Shown: in pieces, positions 1-10,524 of the stretch
Layout of the letters: each line of letters starts with the position of its first letter
Numbering within the stretch: position 1 is the stretch's first letter
DNA from: an uncultured Candidatus Rokubacteria bacterium
GTDB taxonomy: Bacteria; Methylomirabilota; Methylomirabilia; Rokubacteriales; CSP1-6
Assembly (NCBI GenBank): GCA_963754315.1
Contig: CAVWFS010000007.1
Span: forward strand, 448,001-512,000
DNA: 64,000 nucleotides
Reading direction: 5' to 3'
Position numbers and translations under genes: made by a program
The notes under the pieces: model-generated
Database searches by the model: none
Told to the model about the DNA's origin: nothing
What the model saw: only the letters and a program-made list of their open reading frames with translations

Positions 1-1440
1 CACCGGCGCGTCGCGGAGAGCCTCGAGGACTACCTGAAGCGCGACGCCCTCGGCACATACGGGAACGACCTGGCGCCACACGCCCTCGCCCTCGGCACGC
101 ACTACCGTAATGGAAAGTCGTGGGGGAAGGCGGCGGAGTTTCTCCACATGGCTGGTCGCCAGGCCGCGGCGCGGTCCGCCCACCAGGAGGCCGTCGCTTG
201 CTTCGAGGAGGCCCTCGGTGCCCTTCGGCGTCTTGCGCCTGGCCGCGAGGTCGACGAGCGAGACCTCGACGTCAGGATCGAGCTACGGCAGAGCCTGTAC
301 CCGCTGGGGCGCTTCGCTGATCTGATCCACCACCTGCGCAAGGCCGAGCGGATCGCCGAGAAGCTCGACGATCGAGCGCGGCTCGCGCGGGTGGCCGCCT
401 ACGTCAGCAATCACGCCTGGATCACCGGCGATCTGCCGAGCGCGCTGGCCTCGGGCGAGCGTGCCCTCACCCTGGCTCAGGCCGTGTCGAACGACGGGCT
501 CACGGTGGAGGCGAACTTCCGACTCGGCCAGGTCCACTGGAGTCTGGGCCGGCACCGGGAGGCGGTGGCCTTCTTCGAGCGGTGTGCGACGGCGGTGGAG
601 CCAGCTGGCGTGGGCGCGCGCTACGGTCCATCGGGATGGCCAACCGAGTTCGGCCTGGCCGAGCTCAGCCTCTACTACATCGCCGCGCCGCTGACCGAGC
701 TGGGTCGCTTCGACGAGGCCCTCGCCGCCGCGAAGCATGCGCTGGACTTCGCCACGCGCACCGATCGCCCGTTCGCGCTGGCCGGTTCCTTCGCGGCCAT
801 CGGCCACGCGCACCTCCGTCGGGGCCGTCTCGGCGAGGCCGCGGCCGCCCTCACCCGCGGTCTCGCGGTGTGTCGCCGGTGGGAGTTCTCGGTCCACCGT
901 CCGTGGCTCACCGCGAGCCTTGGCTACGTTTACGCTGTGGCCGGGCGTGTCGCCAAGGGCTTGTCGATGCTGCAAAACGCGGTCGCCGAGGCCGAACGAT
1001 TGGGGAACGCCACCGGGCAGACGTGGCGCCTCGTCTGGCTGGGTGAGGCGCTGCTCCTCGCTGGGCGGCCGGACGAAGCGGCGACGCGGGCGGACCAGGC
1101 CCTGGAGCAGTCGCGCCAGCGTGGCGAGCGCGGCTACGAGGCGTGGGCCCTGCACCTACAGGCCGAGGTCGCCGCCTCGCGGAAGGCCGCCCGACGCGCC
1201 GAAGCCCGCGAGCGCTTCCGCGAGGCGCTCGCCTTGGCCGGAGCGCTCGAGATGCGGCCACTCGAAGCGCGCTGTCACCTCGGCCTGGCGGCCCTTCATC
1301 AGGCCGACGGCCGTATCGACGAGGCGTCGGCCGCGCGCGGGCAGGCGATCGCGATGTTGCGGAGCATGGGCATGAACTTCTGGCTCAGCCAGGCCCAGGG
1401 CCTACGCCTCGGCGGTGAGCCGCCGATCCATCAGGAATAG
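1..1440 (+). CDS. C-terminal TPR part of a large AAA-ATPase/TPR signalling protein (adenylate cyclase- or BTAD-type regulator); 5' end lies outside the window
   Basis: Frame is open from base 1 (HRRVAESLE...HY...KAAEFL.MAG..AAARSAHQEA). TPR-like helices follow, ending in the typical ARCHLGL...AMLRSMGMNFWL tail. Confidence 0.75.
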   Translation, partial: HRRVAESLEDYLKRDALGTYGNDLAPHALALGTHYRNGKSWGKAAEFLHMAGRQAAARSAHQEAVACFEEALGALRRLAPGREVDERDLDVRIELRQSLYPLGRFADLIHHLRKAERIAEKLDDRARLARVAAYVSNHAWITGDLPSALASGERALTLAQAVSNDGLTVEANFRLGQVHWSLGRHREAVAFFERCATAVEPAGVGARYGPSGWPTEFGLAELSLYYIAAPLTELGRFDEALAAAKHALDFATRTDRPFALAGSFAAIGHAHLRRGRLGEAAAALTRGLAVCRRWEFSVHRPWLTASLGYVYAVAGRVAKGLSMLQNAVAEAERLGNATGQTWRLVWLGEALLLAGRPDEAATRADQALEQSRQRGERGYEAWALHLQAEVAASRKAARRAEARERFREALALAGALEMRPLEARCHLGLAALHQADGRIDEASAARGQAIAMLRSMGMNFWLSQAQGLRLGGEPPIHQE

Positions 1441-1627
1441 ACGCCGGCGGGCCCCAGGTCAGGTACCTATGCTCGTCCTGCCCCAGCGCACACGCTCCTT
1501 AGACGGACATTTCTGCGCCAGAAAGTGAGCGTCTAACATCGGACCGACCTCCATTCCGCCTGCACATCTGTCGATTTGGCTAGCTCCGGGTCGACTATGG
1601 ATGATGCACCAACAAGAGGAGAGATTC

Positions 1628-2071
1628 ATGCCGAACACCATCCGTCTTCACCGCGTTCTCCGCGCCGCGCCTGAGCGGGTCTATCGAGCGTTTCTCGATG
1701 CCGACGCCATGGCCAAGTGGCTTCCGCCGTACGGCTTCACGGGCCTGGTTCATCACCTCGACGCCAAGGTCGGCGGCACGCACAAGATGTCGTTTACCAA
1801 CTTCACCACCGGAAAGAGCCACTCTTTCGGCGGGCGGTATCTCGAGATGAAGCCGAACGAACTCATCCGTTACACGGACAAGTTCGACGACCCGAACCTG
1901 CCGGGGGAAATGCAGACGACCGTGACCCTGAAGAAAGTGTCATGCGGGACTGAATTGACGATCGTGCAGGAAGGAGTCCCCGACGTCATTCCCCCCGATG
2001 CATGCTACCTCGGCTGGCAGGAGTCGCTCGCGCAGCTCGCGGCCCTGGTCGATCCCGAGATCCCGGACTAG
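1628..2071 (+). CDS. SRPBCC/AHSA1-like family protein
   Basis: NTIRLHRVLRAAPERVYRAFLD...GWQESL; GAGGAG RBS before ATG 1628. Confidence 0.9.
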   Translation: MPNTIRLHRVLRAAPERVYRAFLDADAMAKWLPPYGFTGLVHHLDAKVGGTHKMSFTNFTTGKSHSFGGRYLEMKPNELIRYTDKFDDPNLPGEMQTTVTLKKVSCGTELTIVQEGVPDVIPPDACYLGWQESLAQLAALVDPEIPD

Positions 2072-2129
2072 CCAGTGCTGAGCGGATAGCGGATAGAATC
2101 GCAACCGAAGACGCAGGGAGGACAGGCAC

Positions 2130-2540
2130 ATGACGGTTCGCCTCGATCACACCATCGTGCCCGCCAAGGACAAGAGAGCCTCGGCCGCGTTTTTCGCCGA
2201 GATCTTCGGCCTGTCAGTGACGCCGGAGGACGGCTACTTCGCGCAAGTGCAGGTCAACGAGAGCCTGACCATGGACTTTGCCGACGAACCGGAAGCATGG
2301 GGAGGCCCCGGCTTCGACCCCCGGACAGGAAACAGCCATCATTACGCCTTCCACGTGAGCGATACTGAGTATGAGGGGATCTTCGGTCGGGTGAAGGCCA
2401 AGGGAATCCCTTTCGGCAGTGGGCCAGATCACCATTCAGACGGGAAGACCTACAGCCGCCGGGGCGGGCGGGGTTTCTACTTCGAGGATCCCTACGGCCA
2501 CCTGCTGGAGGTCATGACGGTGCCGGAGACGGGAAGTTAG
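2130..2540 (+). CDS. VOC/glyoxalase family protein
   Basis: LDHTIV, HYAFHV and GFYFEDPYGHLLE motifs. Confidence 0.9.
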   Translation: MTVRLDHTIVPAKDKRASAAFFAEIFGLSVTPEDGYFAQVQVNESLTMDFADEPEAWGGPGFDPRTGNSHHYAFHVSDTEYEGIFGRVKAKGIPFGSGPDHHSDGKTYSRRGGRGFYFEDPYGHLLEVMTVPETGS

Positions 2541-2806
2541 TTTCGAGGTGAGCGGTCAGCGGCGGGCACCCCTGCCGAACAGGCGAAACCGGGCTTGACG
2601 CCGCAGCCACGAGTGGCCCGTGTCAGCGACGGTAAAGTGGGCCAAGGGCCGCCCCCGCCATCTGTCCCGCAAGCGCGAAAGAGGGGTGAACTTGGTCCAT
2701 ATCGCGATTCCCTGCTTATATCGCGACGCGGGGTCGAGGCAGGCTCCCGTGGTCGGCTCGGGAGCGAAAGCCCGACGTCGTAGGTAGCAACGGACAAGGA
2801 GAGAAG

Positions 2807-3820
2807 ATGGCAAAGATGAAAGTGGCGCAGGTCCCGACGGCAGGAGCGGACTTCGCGATTGTCGAGCGGGAGATTCCCCAGCCCGGACCGGGCGAAGTGA
2901 GGATCCGCGTGCAGGCGTGCGGGGTCTGTCACAGCGACGTCTTCACCAAAGATGGCGCCTGGCCTGGCATCGTCTTCCCCCGAGTGCCAGGACACGAAGT
3001 GGCCGGCGTGATCGACGACGTGGGCGCCGGCGTGACGCACTGGAAGAAGGGTCAGCACGTCGGCGTGGGCTGGCACGGCGGACAGGATGGAACGTGCCTG
3101 GCGTGCCGCCGCGGCGATTTCGTGAACTGCACGAACCTCAGGGTTTCAGGCATCAGCTTCGACGGCGGCTATGGCGAATACATGGTCGCTCCCGTGGAAG
3201 CCGTGGCGGCCATCCCCGAATCGCTCAAGGCCGCGGAAGCCGCGCCGCTCCTGTGTGCAGGCATCACGACATTCAATGCCCTGCGACACAGCGGCGCGCT
3301 GCCGGGTGACCTGGTGGCCATTCAGGGAATCGGTGGACTCGGCCATCTGGGAATTCAGTTCGCGCAGAAATTCGGCTACAGGGTCGCCGCGATCGGGCGC
3401 GGGCCCGAAAACGCCGTTCTTGCCAAGCAGCTGGGGGCGAGCATCTACATCGACAGCACCGCAACGAATGCCGCCGCGGAATTGCAAAAGCTTGGTGGCG
3501 CGCGCGTCATCCTGGCGACTGCACCGAGCGCAAAGGCGATGTCGTCGCTGGTCGACGGACTCGGAATGAACGGCACAATGATGGTGGTGGGCGCCGCTCC
3601 AGATCCCATCGAGGTAACGCCTCTTCAGTTGATCTCCGGGAAGAAGACTGTTCAGGGCTGGTGGTCAGGAATCCCCACCGATGCCGAGGACGCGCTGCGC
3701 TTCGCCGAGTTAACCGGCGTACGCGCCATGATCGAAACGTATCCCCTCCCGCGAGTGAATGAGGCTTACGCGCTCATGCTGAGCGGGAAGGCCCAATTTC
3801 GCGTGGTGCTCACGATGTAG
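2807..3820 (+). CDS. Zn-dependent alcohol dehydrogenase
   Basis: CGVCHSD, GHE, CxxC...C structural Zn cluster, GIGGLG. Confidence 0.95.
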   Translation: MAKMKVAQVPTAGADFAIVEREIPQPGPGEVRIRVQACGVCHSDVFTKDGAWPGIVFPRVPGHEVAGVIDDVGAGVTHWKKGQHVGVGWHGGQDGTCLACRRGDFVNCTNLRVSGISFDGGYGEYMVAPVEAVAAIPESLKAAEAAPLLCAGITTFNALRHSGALPGDLVAIQGIGGLGHLGIQFAQKFGYRVAAIGRGPENAVLAKQLGASIYIDSTATNAAAELQKLGGARVILATAPSAKAMSSLVDGLGMNGTMMVVGAAPDPIEVTPLQLISGKKTVQGWWSGIPTDAEDALRFAELTGVRAMIETYPLPRVNEAYALMLSGKAQFRVVLTM

Positions 3821-3974
3821 ATCTGGATGACGGAAGCCGGCTAGCAGGCAGATCTTCGCTAGTCAATCTTTGGGTGGAGATCCAGGGATCATGCGAGTCG
3901 TACACGACAAGTCCGCGCTTGCCGCATTTCACCGACGCAATCTGAGTTTGGCTGGTACGAAAGGAGGGCGTGCG

Positions 3975-4289
3975 ATGACCATGGTCGCTCGAGTGTGGCG
4001 CGGCCGGACGGCGGCCGCGCGGACCGACGAATACACGCGCTACCTGGAGGCCGGTCTGTCGCCGTTCCGGACGATCCCCGGTAGCCGCGGCTGCCAGATG
4101 ATGCGGCGGACGCTCGGCGACGTCACCGAGTTCGTCGTCATCTCCTACTGGGAATCGCGCGATGCGATTCAGGCGTTCGCGGGCGCGGACATCGAGAAGC
4201 CGCATCACCTGCCGCGCGACGGCGAGCTCCTGCTGGAGCTACCCCAGGCGGTGCAGCACTTCGACATCCTGGTCGACGAGCGTCGATGA
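3975..4289 (+). CDS. Antibiotic biosynthesis monooxygenase (ABM)-like protein
   Basis: VARVWRG...FVVISYWES.DAI.AFAG.D; AAGGAGG RBS. Confidence 0.8.
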   Translation: MTMVARVWRGRTAAARTDEYTRYLEAGLSPFRTIPGSRGCQMMRRTLGDVTEFVVISYWESRDAIQAFAGADIEKPHHLPRDGELLLELPQAVQHFDILVDERR

Positions 4290-4419
4290 AGGCGCGCGAG
4301 GCAGCCGATGCACGTCTACGGGTGCGCGTCCGATCCGCGGAACCTCCCGCTCGGGGCGGACGCCTGCGGTCCCCCCTGATTGCCAGCGCTTGGCGCGGCA
4401 ATTATGAAGATCGAGCACC

Positions 4420-4706
4420 AGCCGCGCAGCACGTAGATGCGTGTCAGCTCGACCGACACCCGCGAGCGCCGTACGTACTGCGCGAAGCAGACGACGCCGT
4501 CCGCCGACTCCGCGACGAAGAAGCTGGATCCGCGCGCCGCGAGCGCCCAGCCGAGACTCTCCGGCGAATACCACTCGTCGAGCAGTCGTCGCAGGATCGC
4601 GTCGGGAACAATGCCAGCATACGGCGACGGGCCACGTCGTCCTGGCGACCATCGCGATGTACGGCAGATCAACCGTCTCCGCGCGGCGAATCGCATGCGC
4701 CTTCAC
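4420..4706 (-). pseudogene. GNAT acetyltransferase, frameshifted and 3'-truncated
   Basis: IRRAETVDLPYIAMVARTTW in one frame continues as YAGIVPD...FFVAE...VELTRIYVL in another (shift near 4625); similarity ends near 4420. Confidence 0.65.
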
Positions 4707-5377
4707 CAGATCCCCGGCGGTGGACGGTGCCGCACGCGCCGCTGGTATTCGGTGTACCCTCGCAGATCCCGCGCGAGGATGCGCTCTTCGTTTACGGGCC
4801 GCGACAGCAGGAACGGCGCCATCGCCCCGAGCGCCACGAAGCCCCAGTACGGCCCGAGCGCCAGCGGCGTGCCGAACATGTAGAGCGGCCCGCTCGCGTA
4901 CATCGGATGGCGCACGATGGCGTACGGCCCTGTCGTGATAACCGTCTGACCCGCGGCGATTTCGATCGTCGCCGCGGTGTACGTGTTTTCGCGATAGACG
5001 AGAAAGATGAAGTAGACGCCGATCGCCACGAGAAGCTTACCGAGGACGACGAGCGCGACCGGCACCGTCGACCATGCGAAGCGATGGTCGAGCGCCGGGA
5101 CGACCAGGATGGCGATGAAGCCTAGCGACGTGAAAGTCATCATCACCCGCTGCGTCACCTGCTGTTCGAACATCGGGCCACCGCGCATCCGACGCTCGAG
5201 CAGCGCCGGGTCGTGCTTCAGGAGATATGCCGTGGTCAACGCAGAGGCGGCGGCGAAGATCGCGACGTAGACCCACACCTGCCAGTACCGCGTCGTCCCG
5301 GCCCCGGCTAAGAGCAAGCCGGTCATGACGAGCGTGACGACGGCGAGCGCGAGCCAGGCCCGGGCATGGAGCGTCAT
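4703..5377 (-). CDS. Isoprenylcysteine carboxylmethyltransferase (ICMT/Ste14) family membrane protein
   Basis: HDPALLERR, ENT, VITTGPYAIVRHPMY, EERIL..L.GY.EY. Several Leu positions read Pro near the C-terminus (decay or sequencing error). Confidence 0.85.
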   Translation of the reverse strand: MTLHARAWLALAVVTLVMTGLLLAGAGTTRYWQVWVYVAIFAAASALTTAYLLKHDPALLERRMRGGPMFEQQVTQRVMMTFTSLGFIAILVVPALDHRFAWSTVPVALVVLGKLLVAIGVYFIFLVYRENTYTAATIEIAAGQTVITTGPYAIVRHPMYASGPLYMFGTPLALGPYWGFVALGAMAPFLLSRPVNEERILARDLRGYTEYQRRVRHRPPPGIW

Positions 5378-5520
5378 CACCGCTGGAGCGCGCGCAGCGC
5401 GGCGACGAAGCCGACCGTCCCGAGCGCGGTGCGCACCCACTGCCGCGTTTCCCATCGCGCGAGCAGCGCGCGCACCGCGGGATCCGACAGCCCTCCACGC
5501 ACGAACGCGTCGTTCGCGCA
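5377..5520 (-). pseudogene. C-terminal remnant of a DUF1772/anthrone oxygenase-like gene
   Basis: Hand translation ANDAFVRGGLSDPAVRALLARWETRQWVRTALGTVGFVAALRALQR*; its stop overlaps the ICMT start (TGATG); no 5' part is present. Confidence 0.5.
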
Positions 5521-5738
5521 AGGGCGCGGACAGCTGTCTCGTTCTCAGATCGAGAGGTATCTAAGCTCATGCTGTGTCTCTCTCAGCCGGAGCTGTCGAT
5601 GCCGTTCCGGCACCCAGTGCCGGTCAACTCGTTCCCCGGCTCATTCCCACTGACGACGTCTGCGTGGCGACCGCCGCGCTCTTGAGTCCGAGCCGTATCA
5701 CGACGGACCCTGGAATGCGGTCGGTAAGGAGCGAGACT

Positions 5739-6263
5739 ATGATACCCGGCATGGTCGAGGCCGGTTTTCTGATGCTCTTTCAGTGGACGCTGTTGGTGGC
5801 AGCGGTCCTGTGCGCTCTCGTTGCCGGCTTTCTGTTCGCCTTCGGGGCCGTCGTGATGCCCGGCCTCAGGAGCCTGGATGACAGCAGCTTCATCCGAGCG
5901 TTCCAGGTCATCGATCGGGTGATCCAGAACAATCAGCCGCTCTTTGTCTTCGTATGGCTCGGGTCGGTGTTGGCAATCGTCTTGGCAGGTCTTATCGGCG
6001 TGTGCGCGCTCACGGGAGTCGATCGCCTGCTCATGATCGTCGGTGCGCTCGTCTATTTGCTCGGCGTGCAACTGCCAACGGTCATGGTCAACATCCCCTT
6101 GAACAACCGGCTTCAGGGACTCGACGTTGTGAACCTTGCTGAGACGACGCTACGGCACGCCCGAGAGACGTTCGAGCCCCGTTGGAATCGATGGAATGTG
6201 ATCAGGACCGTATGCGCAAGTCTCGTAACTGTTCTCTTGCTGTTCCTTCTCCTCCGACTATGA
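5739..6263 (+). CDS. DUF1772 / anthrone oxygenase family membrane protein
   Basis: AGFLFAF..VVMPGL, NIPLNN.L, R..FE..WNRWN.IRT; AAGGAG RBS. Confidence 0.85.
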   Translation: MIPGMVEAGFLMLFQWTLLVAAVLCALVAGFLFAFGAVVMPGLRSLDDSSFIRAFQVIDRVIQNNQPLFVFVWLGSVLAIVLAGLIGVCALTGVDRLLMIVGALVYLLGVQLPTVMVNIPLNNRLQGLDVVNLAETTLRHARETFEPRWNRWNVIRTVCASLVTVLLLFLLLRL

Positions 6264-6816
6264 GCACACGAACGCCCCAAGGGATCGCGCCGGCCCAGGA
6301 GGCCACCTTCAACCAGTCGCACTGTGTGGCGCCCATCGCATGCCGTGGCGCATCGCCATCTCGATGGGGGTGGCGCTGGAGAGCGAGCCGCCGGCTTCCT
6401 TGACGCGGCGCACCTGTCGTCGGCGGCGCCCGTGAGATGGATGTAGACGTTGTCGGGAGCCAAGAGCCTGGACAGCATTGTCGCGTCTGCGACAAGCGCG
6501 TGCTCACCGCCCTGTACTCGCTCGCGCAAAGGCAAAGCCACACCGGCAGCATCGAATCGGGAGCGCGCTTCAGAAGGACACGGTCCGCGCGACACGGAAT
6601 CAGGTCTGAACCACAAGGCCGAGGCGGCGCTTGACGATAATAGTCGAGGTCCACGCGATCGACCTCGCCCGCTCGACCTCGCCATCCCCACCGCCTCGCC
6701 TTTGCTCCCACCGACTCCTGTCTCCACCTTGTGGGGGTCGCCTAGGATGGCCGAGGCATGTTGGCCGACAGGTCAGCGCCACGCCGGCCGTGCGCTAGGA
6801 AACGACAATCGCAGCT

Positions 6817-8280
6817 TCAGCGCCCGGACGTCCCCTTCGGCGATTTAACGTATTCCAGCGCGATCCGCTGAAATACCTCTGCCTGTGTAGGATAGCAGTG
6901 GACCGTCTCAGCCAGCGCCTCCATCGGCAGTTTGCTCGTGACAGCCAGAGTCAGCTCGCTGATCATCTCCCCCGCGTGCGCCGCCACTAATGTCGCACCG
7001 ACGATCTCGCCGGTCCCTTTGCGGGTGTAGATCGCCGCGAACCCCTCCTCTTCACCATCAATGAATGCCCGCTCCACCTTTGAAAGTTCCAGGTGGTGTG
7101 TGTCCAAGGCGAACCCCTCCTCGGCCGCCCGGACCGGGGTCAAGCCGACGGTGGCTACCTCGGGGTCGGTGTAGGTGCAATGCGGAATGACCAAGTCGCG
7201 CGCCGGGCGGTTCGCTCCGTCCAGAGCGTTCGCAACGCACAACCGCGCCGTCGCCATCGCTGCGTGCGTGTACTTTTCCGGGAACGCCACGTCACCGGCG
7301 GCATAGACTGCCGGGTTGCTTGTCCGCAGAAACGCATCGACCTCCACGGCCCCATCTTTTACTCCTATCTCCGCGGCCTCCAGCCCTAGGTCGTCTACGT
7401 TTGCCCTGCGCCCGATGCCCAGCAGAAGCGCGTCATATTCAAGTTCCCGCGTTTCGTCCTGGTCTCGGACCGTCAGCCGGCCCTTCGCCGCCAGCACCGC
7501 CCTAAATCCCAAATGCAGGCGAATTCCATCGCGCTCTAACCGCCGGCGCAGCACCTCGCCCGCCTCCGGCTGGTCCTTCGGCAAGAGGTGGTTTCCCGAA
7601 TGGACAAGGTCCACCTCGCCACCAAGGAGACGAAATGCCTGAGCTAGTTCGCTGCCCATCGGCCCGCCCCCAAGTACCACCAGCCTCCGAGGGAGTTCAG
7701 TCAGTGAAAAGACGCTTTCGTTGTTCAAGTACTCGCCCTCCCGGAGCCCCTCGATGACCGGGGCTACGGGGCGCGAGCCAGTCGCAAGCACCGCCTTGTT
7801 GAAACGCAGCTCGCGACCATCCACCGCCACCGTGTTCGGCTTGATAAAGCGGGTGTGACCGAGGTAGACGTCTACCCCTGCCTCGGCAACCAGTTGAACG
7901 GCGTCACCGGCGCTGCTCATGGACCGGATGCGGCGGACTCGTTCCATGACCTTGGCGAAATCGACTTGCGGGGGTGTGTTGAGCCGGAAGGCGAAATCAG
8001 CTCCACGCCTGGCCTCGTGGACTGCGCGGGCGCAGCGGATCAGTGCCTTGCTTGGCGTACAGCCGAAGTTGACGCAGGTCCCGCCAGTCAACAGCTTCTC
8101 GGTCATGGCGACGTGGTGGCCGCCCACCGCGGCCGTCAGAGCGGCGATCAACCCGGCTGGACCCCCTCCGAGGACCACAAGATCGTAGTTGCCGCCGGGC
8201 GGGTTCTGCCAATTCGGCGGGTGGCCCTGGTTGATCGTGCGTTGGTTATGCGCATCTGCTGGTAATAATTTCACTATCAT
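6817..8280 (-). CDS. Pyridine nucleotide-disulfide oxidoreductase (mercuric reductase/RclA/Lpd-like)
   Basis: GGGPAG, GGTCVNFGCTPSK redox disulfide, GGGPMG.E, AAGD; C-terminal HCYPTQAE; no MerA C-terminal Cys-Cys pair. Confidence 0.9.
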   Translation of the reverse strand: MIVKLLPADAHNQRTINQGHPPNWQNPPGGNYDLVVLGGGPAGLIAALTAAVGGHHVAMTEKLLTGGTCVNFGCTPSKALIRCARAVHEARRGADFAFRLNTPPQVDFAKVMERVRRIRSMSSAGDAVQLVAEAGVDVYLGHTRFIKPNTVAVDGRELRFNKAVLATGSRPVAPVIEGLREGEYLNNESVFSLTELPRRLVVLGGGPMGSELAQAFRLLGGEVDLVHSGNHLLPKDQPEAGEVLRRRLERDGIRLHLGFRAVLAAKGRLTVRDQDETRELEYDALLLGIGRRANVDDLGLEAAEIGVKDGAVEVDAFLRTSNPAVYAAGDVAFPEKYTHAAMATARLCVANALDGANRPARDLVIPHCTYTDPEVATVGLTPVRAAEEGFALDTHHLELSKVERAFIDGEEEGFAAIYTRKGTGEIVGATLVAAHAGEMISELTLAVTSKLPMEALAETVHCYPTQAEVFQRIALEYVKSPKGTSGR

Positions 8281-8376
8281 CGTCGTGTCCTCTCTGGATG
8301 GTTAAAATCCGCCCTGCCTCAGCGTGCGGTCGAAGATGAACGCCACGCTGAATATGGCGGGGTCTCCTGTCAAGTA

Positions 8377-8706
8377 TCAGATGTGCGTCGTAGCAGACGA
8401 CTTACGCCCGCGCTCGATGCCTTGCAGCGCCTCTCCCAACGACCAGAGTGCGGCGCCAAGGAGGACGACATCCTTGAGCAGAAACTGCCCCGGCGCGACA
8501 GAGAGCGCTGGGAATCCGCCGAGGCTCGGCTCCCAGCCGGGGGTTGACACGAGAAAGCTCAGCGTTGTGAGGAACATCACCACCGCTGCCCCGCTCCCAA
8601 CCGCCGCCACGGCGGCCGACAGCGGTCGCAGGGCGATCGTTAGGGCGATGGCGAGTTCCACGACACCCAAGACGTTGGAAAATGCTTGGATACTTAAGAC
8701 GTGATA
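8377..8706 (-). pseudogene. DUF417 (YkgB/RclC-like) inner-membrane protein, N-terminus missing
   Basis: SNVLGVVE...FLTTLSFLVSTPGW...GQFLLKDVVLL is the C-terminal half; no matching N-terminal half upstream. Confidence 0.75.
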
Positions 8707-8902
8707 AGCTCTGACGACTCTCATCGACGTCTCCTTTACTGATGTAAGTGCGAGGAGAGGACCGCGCTCTTGCGCCGCTCTCTCAGTGAGTTCCAGTTGC
8801 CACGTCTCTCTGCACGCCACCCGAAGGCGCAAGCGCCCGACGCTGCACTACCGTTGCCACCCTCGTCGACGCCCACACCGTGAGCAACGACCTGGCGGCT
8901 GC

Positions 8903-9163
8903 CTAGCGCCTGGCCGGGAGCTCGAGCTCGCTCAGCCCGCCGAGGTCGACGCACATCATCTCCCGCACCTCGACGAGCACCATCACGATGTTGTGGCAGA
9001 CGCGGCAGCGGACGACGACGCCCGGGCCGCCGAGATAGACCTCGCACTCGGCCAGCGGGCCGCGCGCCCCGCAGCGGCCGCACTGCGCCTGCGCCATCGT
9101 CATCTCGCCGCCGAAGACGTGGTACAGCATTCCGCCGATCGCGTTGCCGTCGAGCGCCTCCAT
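8903..9163 (-). CDS. Small CxxC-CxxC protein (DUF6510-like)
   Basis: LDGNAIGG.L...CGRC...VVRCRVC; start overlaps the stop of the FNR gene. Confidence 0.75.
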   Translation of the reverse strand: MEALDGNAIGGMLYHVFGGEMTMAQAQCGRCGARGPLAECEVYLGGPGVVVRCRVCHNIVMVLVEVREMMCVDLGGLSELELPARR

Positions 9164-9894
9164 CAGCGTCCTCCCGTCGCTCCGAACCGCTCGGTCTTGA
9201 TGCGTCCCGGCGCGTAGCCGAGCTCGACCAGGCCGGCCGCGACCGACTCCACGAAGCTCGTCGGACCGCAGACGAACGCCAGCGGCCCGTCCTCGGCCGG
9301 CCAGGCGACCTCGCGCAGGAGGTCGGCGTCGACTCGACGCGCGTATCCCGTCCACCCGGGCGGCTGCGCGCGCGTGAGCGTGTGGACGACCTCCTCCCCG
9401 TCGAGCTCCGCGCGGTAGATGACGTCCTCGAGGGTGCGCGAGGAGTAGAGCAGCCGCGCTCTCACCTCGCTCATGCTGTTGCGCCGATGGCGCAGGATCG
9501 CCCGCATCGGGGCGACGCCGGAGCCTCCGGCCGCGAGGAACAGCGGGCCGCCGTCGTCTGGGCGCCAGACGAAATAGCCGCCGATCGGCCCGCGGACCTC
9601 GAACGCGTCGCCCGGCCGCACGTCCTTCGTCAGGTACGGCGAGACCTCCCCGTCCTCGAGCCGCTCGACGGTGATCACCGGCGGCTCGCCGGGGGCGGAG
9701 GCGAGCGAGTACGCGCGCTCGGCGCGGTAGCCGTCCTCGGCCGTCAGCCGGACGTCGACGTGCTGGCCCGCGACGTGGCCCGGCCAGCCCGGGACCTCGA
9801 GCTCGAGGGTGCGCACGCGCGGCGTCTCGTCGACGACCGCCGTCACGGTCGCGACGCGCCAGGTCAGTCGCCCGAGTAGCGCTGCTCCCGCCAC
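9163..9894 (-). CDS. Ferredoxin reductase-like FAD/NAD-binding oxidoreductase
   Basis: GQHVDVRL, RAYSLAS, GEVS, GGSGVAP, VCGP, ERF; likely GTG start at 9894. Confidence 0.9.
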   Translation of the reverse strand: MAGAALLGRLTWRVATVTAVVDETPRVRTLELEVPGWPGHVAGQHVDVRLTAEDGYRAERAYSLASAPGEPPVITVERLEDGEVSPYLTKDVRPGDAFEVRGPIGGYFVWRPDDGGPLFLAAGGSGVAPMRAILRHRRNSMSEVRARLLYSSRTLEDVIYRAELDGEEVVHTLTRAQPPGWTGYARRVDADLLREVAWPAEDGPLAFVCGPTSFVESVAAGLVELGYAPGRIKTERFGATGGR

Positions 9895-10469
9895 GGGTCG
9901 CCGTACATGTGGTAGCCGTACGTCTCCCAGAAGCCCGGCTCGTCCTCGTCGAGCAGGCGGAGCCCGCGCACCCACTTGGCGCTCTTCCAGAAGTAGAGGT
10001 GCGGGACGAGCAGCCGCGCCGGGCCGCCGTGCTCGGGGTCGAGGGGCTCGCCCTCGTAGGTGTAGACGACCCAGGCCTTCCCGCCGGTCACGTCCTCGAG
10101 CGGCAGGTTGGTCGTGTAGCCGCCGTCGCAGAACGCGAGCACGTAGCCCGCGTCGTGGTCGACCTGGTCGAGGAGCGTGTCGACCGACACGCCCTCCCAG
10201 GTCGTGTCGAGCTTCGACCAGCGGGTGACGCAGTGGATGTCGGCCGTGACCGGCTCGCTCGGGAGGGCGCGGAACTCCTCCCACGTCCACGTCCGGAGCA
10301 CGCCGCCGTTCTCGATCGAGAACGTCCACCGGTCGAGAGGCGTATGCGGCGTCGGGCCGGCCGAGAGCACCGGGAAGTCGCGGGTCACGGACTGGCCGGG
10401 AGGCACGCGGGCCGGATCGGTGTCCGCGTCCCGTCGCCGGCCGCGAAAGCCGCGCGAGACGAAGCTCAT
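9864..10469 (-). CDS. Sulfite oxidase-like molybdopterin oxidoreductase (MsrP-like, no signal peptide)
   Basis: PPGQ..T..FPVL, DIHCVTRWS (Mo-ligating Cys), EHGGPARL.VP..YFWKSAKW, GFWE..GYH; AAGGAG RBS. Confidence 0.9.
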   Translation of the reverse strand: MSFVSRGFRGRRRDADTDPARVPPGQSVTRDFPVLSAGPTPHTPLDRWTFSIENGGVLRTWTWEEFRALPSEPVTADIHCVTRWSKLDTTWEGVSVDTLLDQVDHDAGYVLAFCDGGYTTNLPLEDVTGGKAWVVYTYEGEPLDPEHGGPARLLVPHLYFWKSAKWVRGLRLLDEDEPGFWETYGYHMYGDPWREQRYSGD

Positions 10470-10524
10470 ATCGGTCTCCTTGTGTGCCACGAACGGTGAG
10501 ACAGAAAGGCCACCGAGCAACCGA

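Noticed and set aside
6264..6800. ORFs in this intergenic stretch (possible DUF4440-like scrap LLAPDNVYIH)
   Set aside because: Similarity too short, with no coherent start, RBS or stop.
6817..8280. Mercury resistance (merA)
   Set aside because: No C-terminal Cys-Cys pair, no N-terminal HMA domain, and no merR/T/P nearby.
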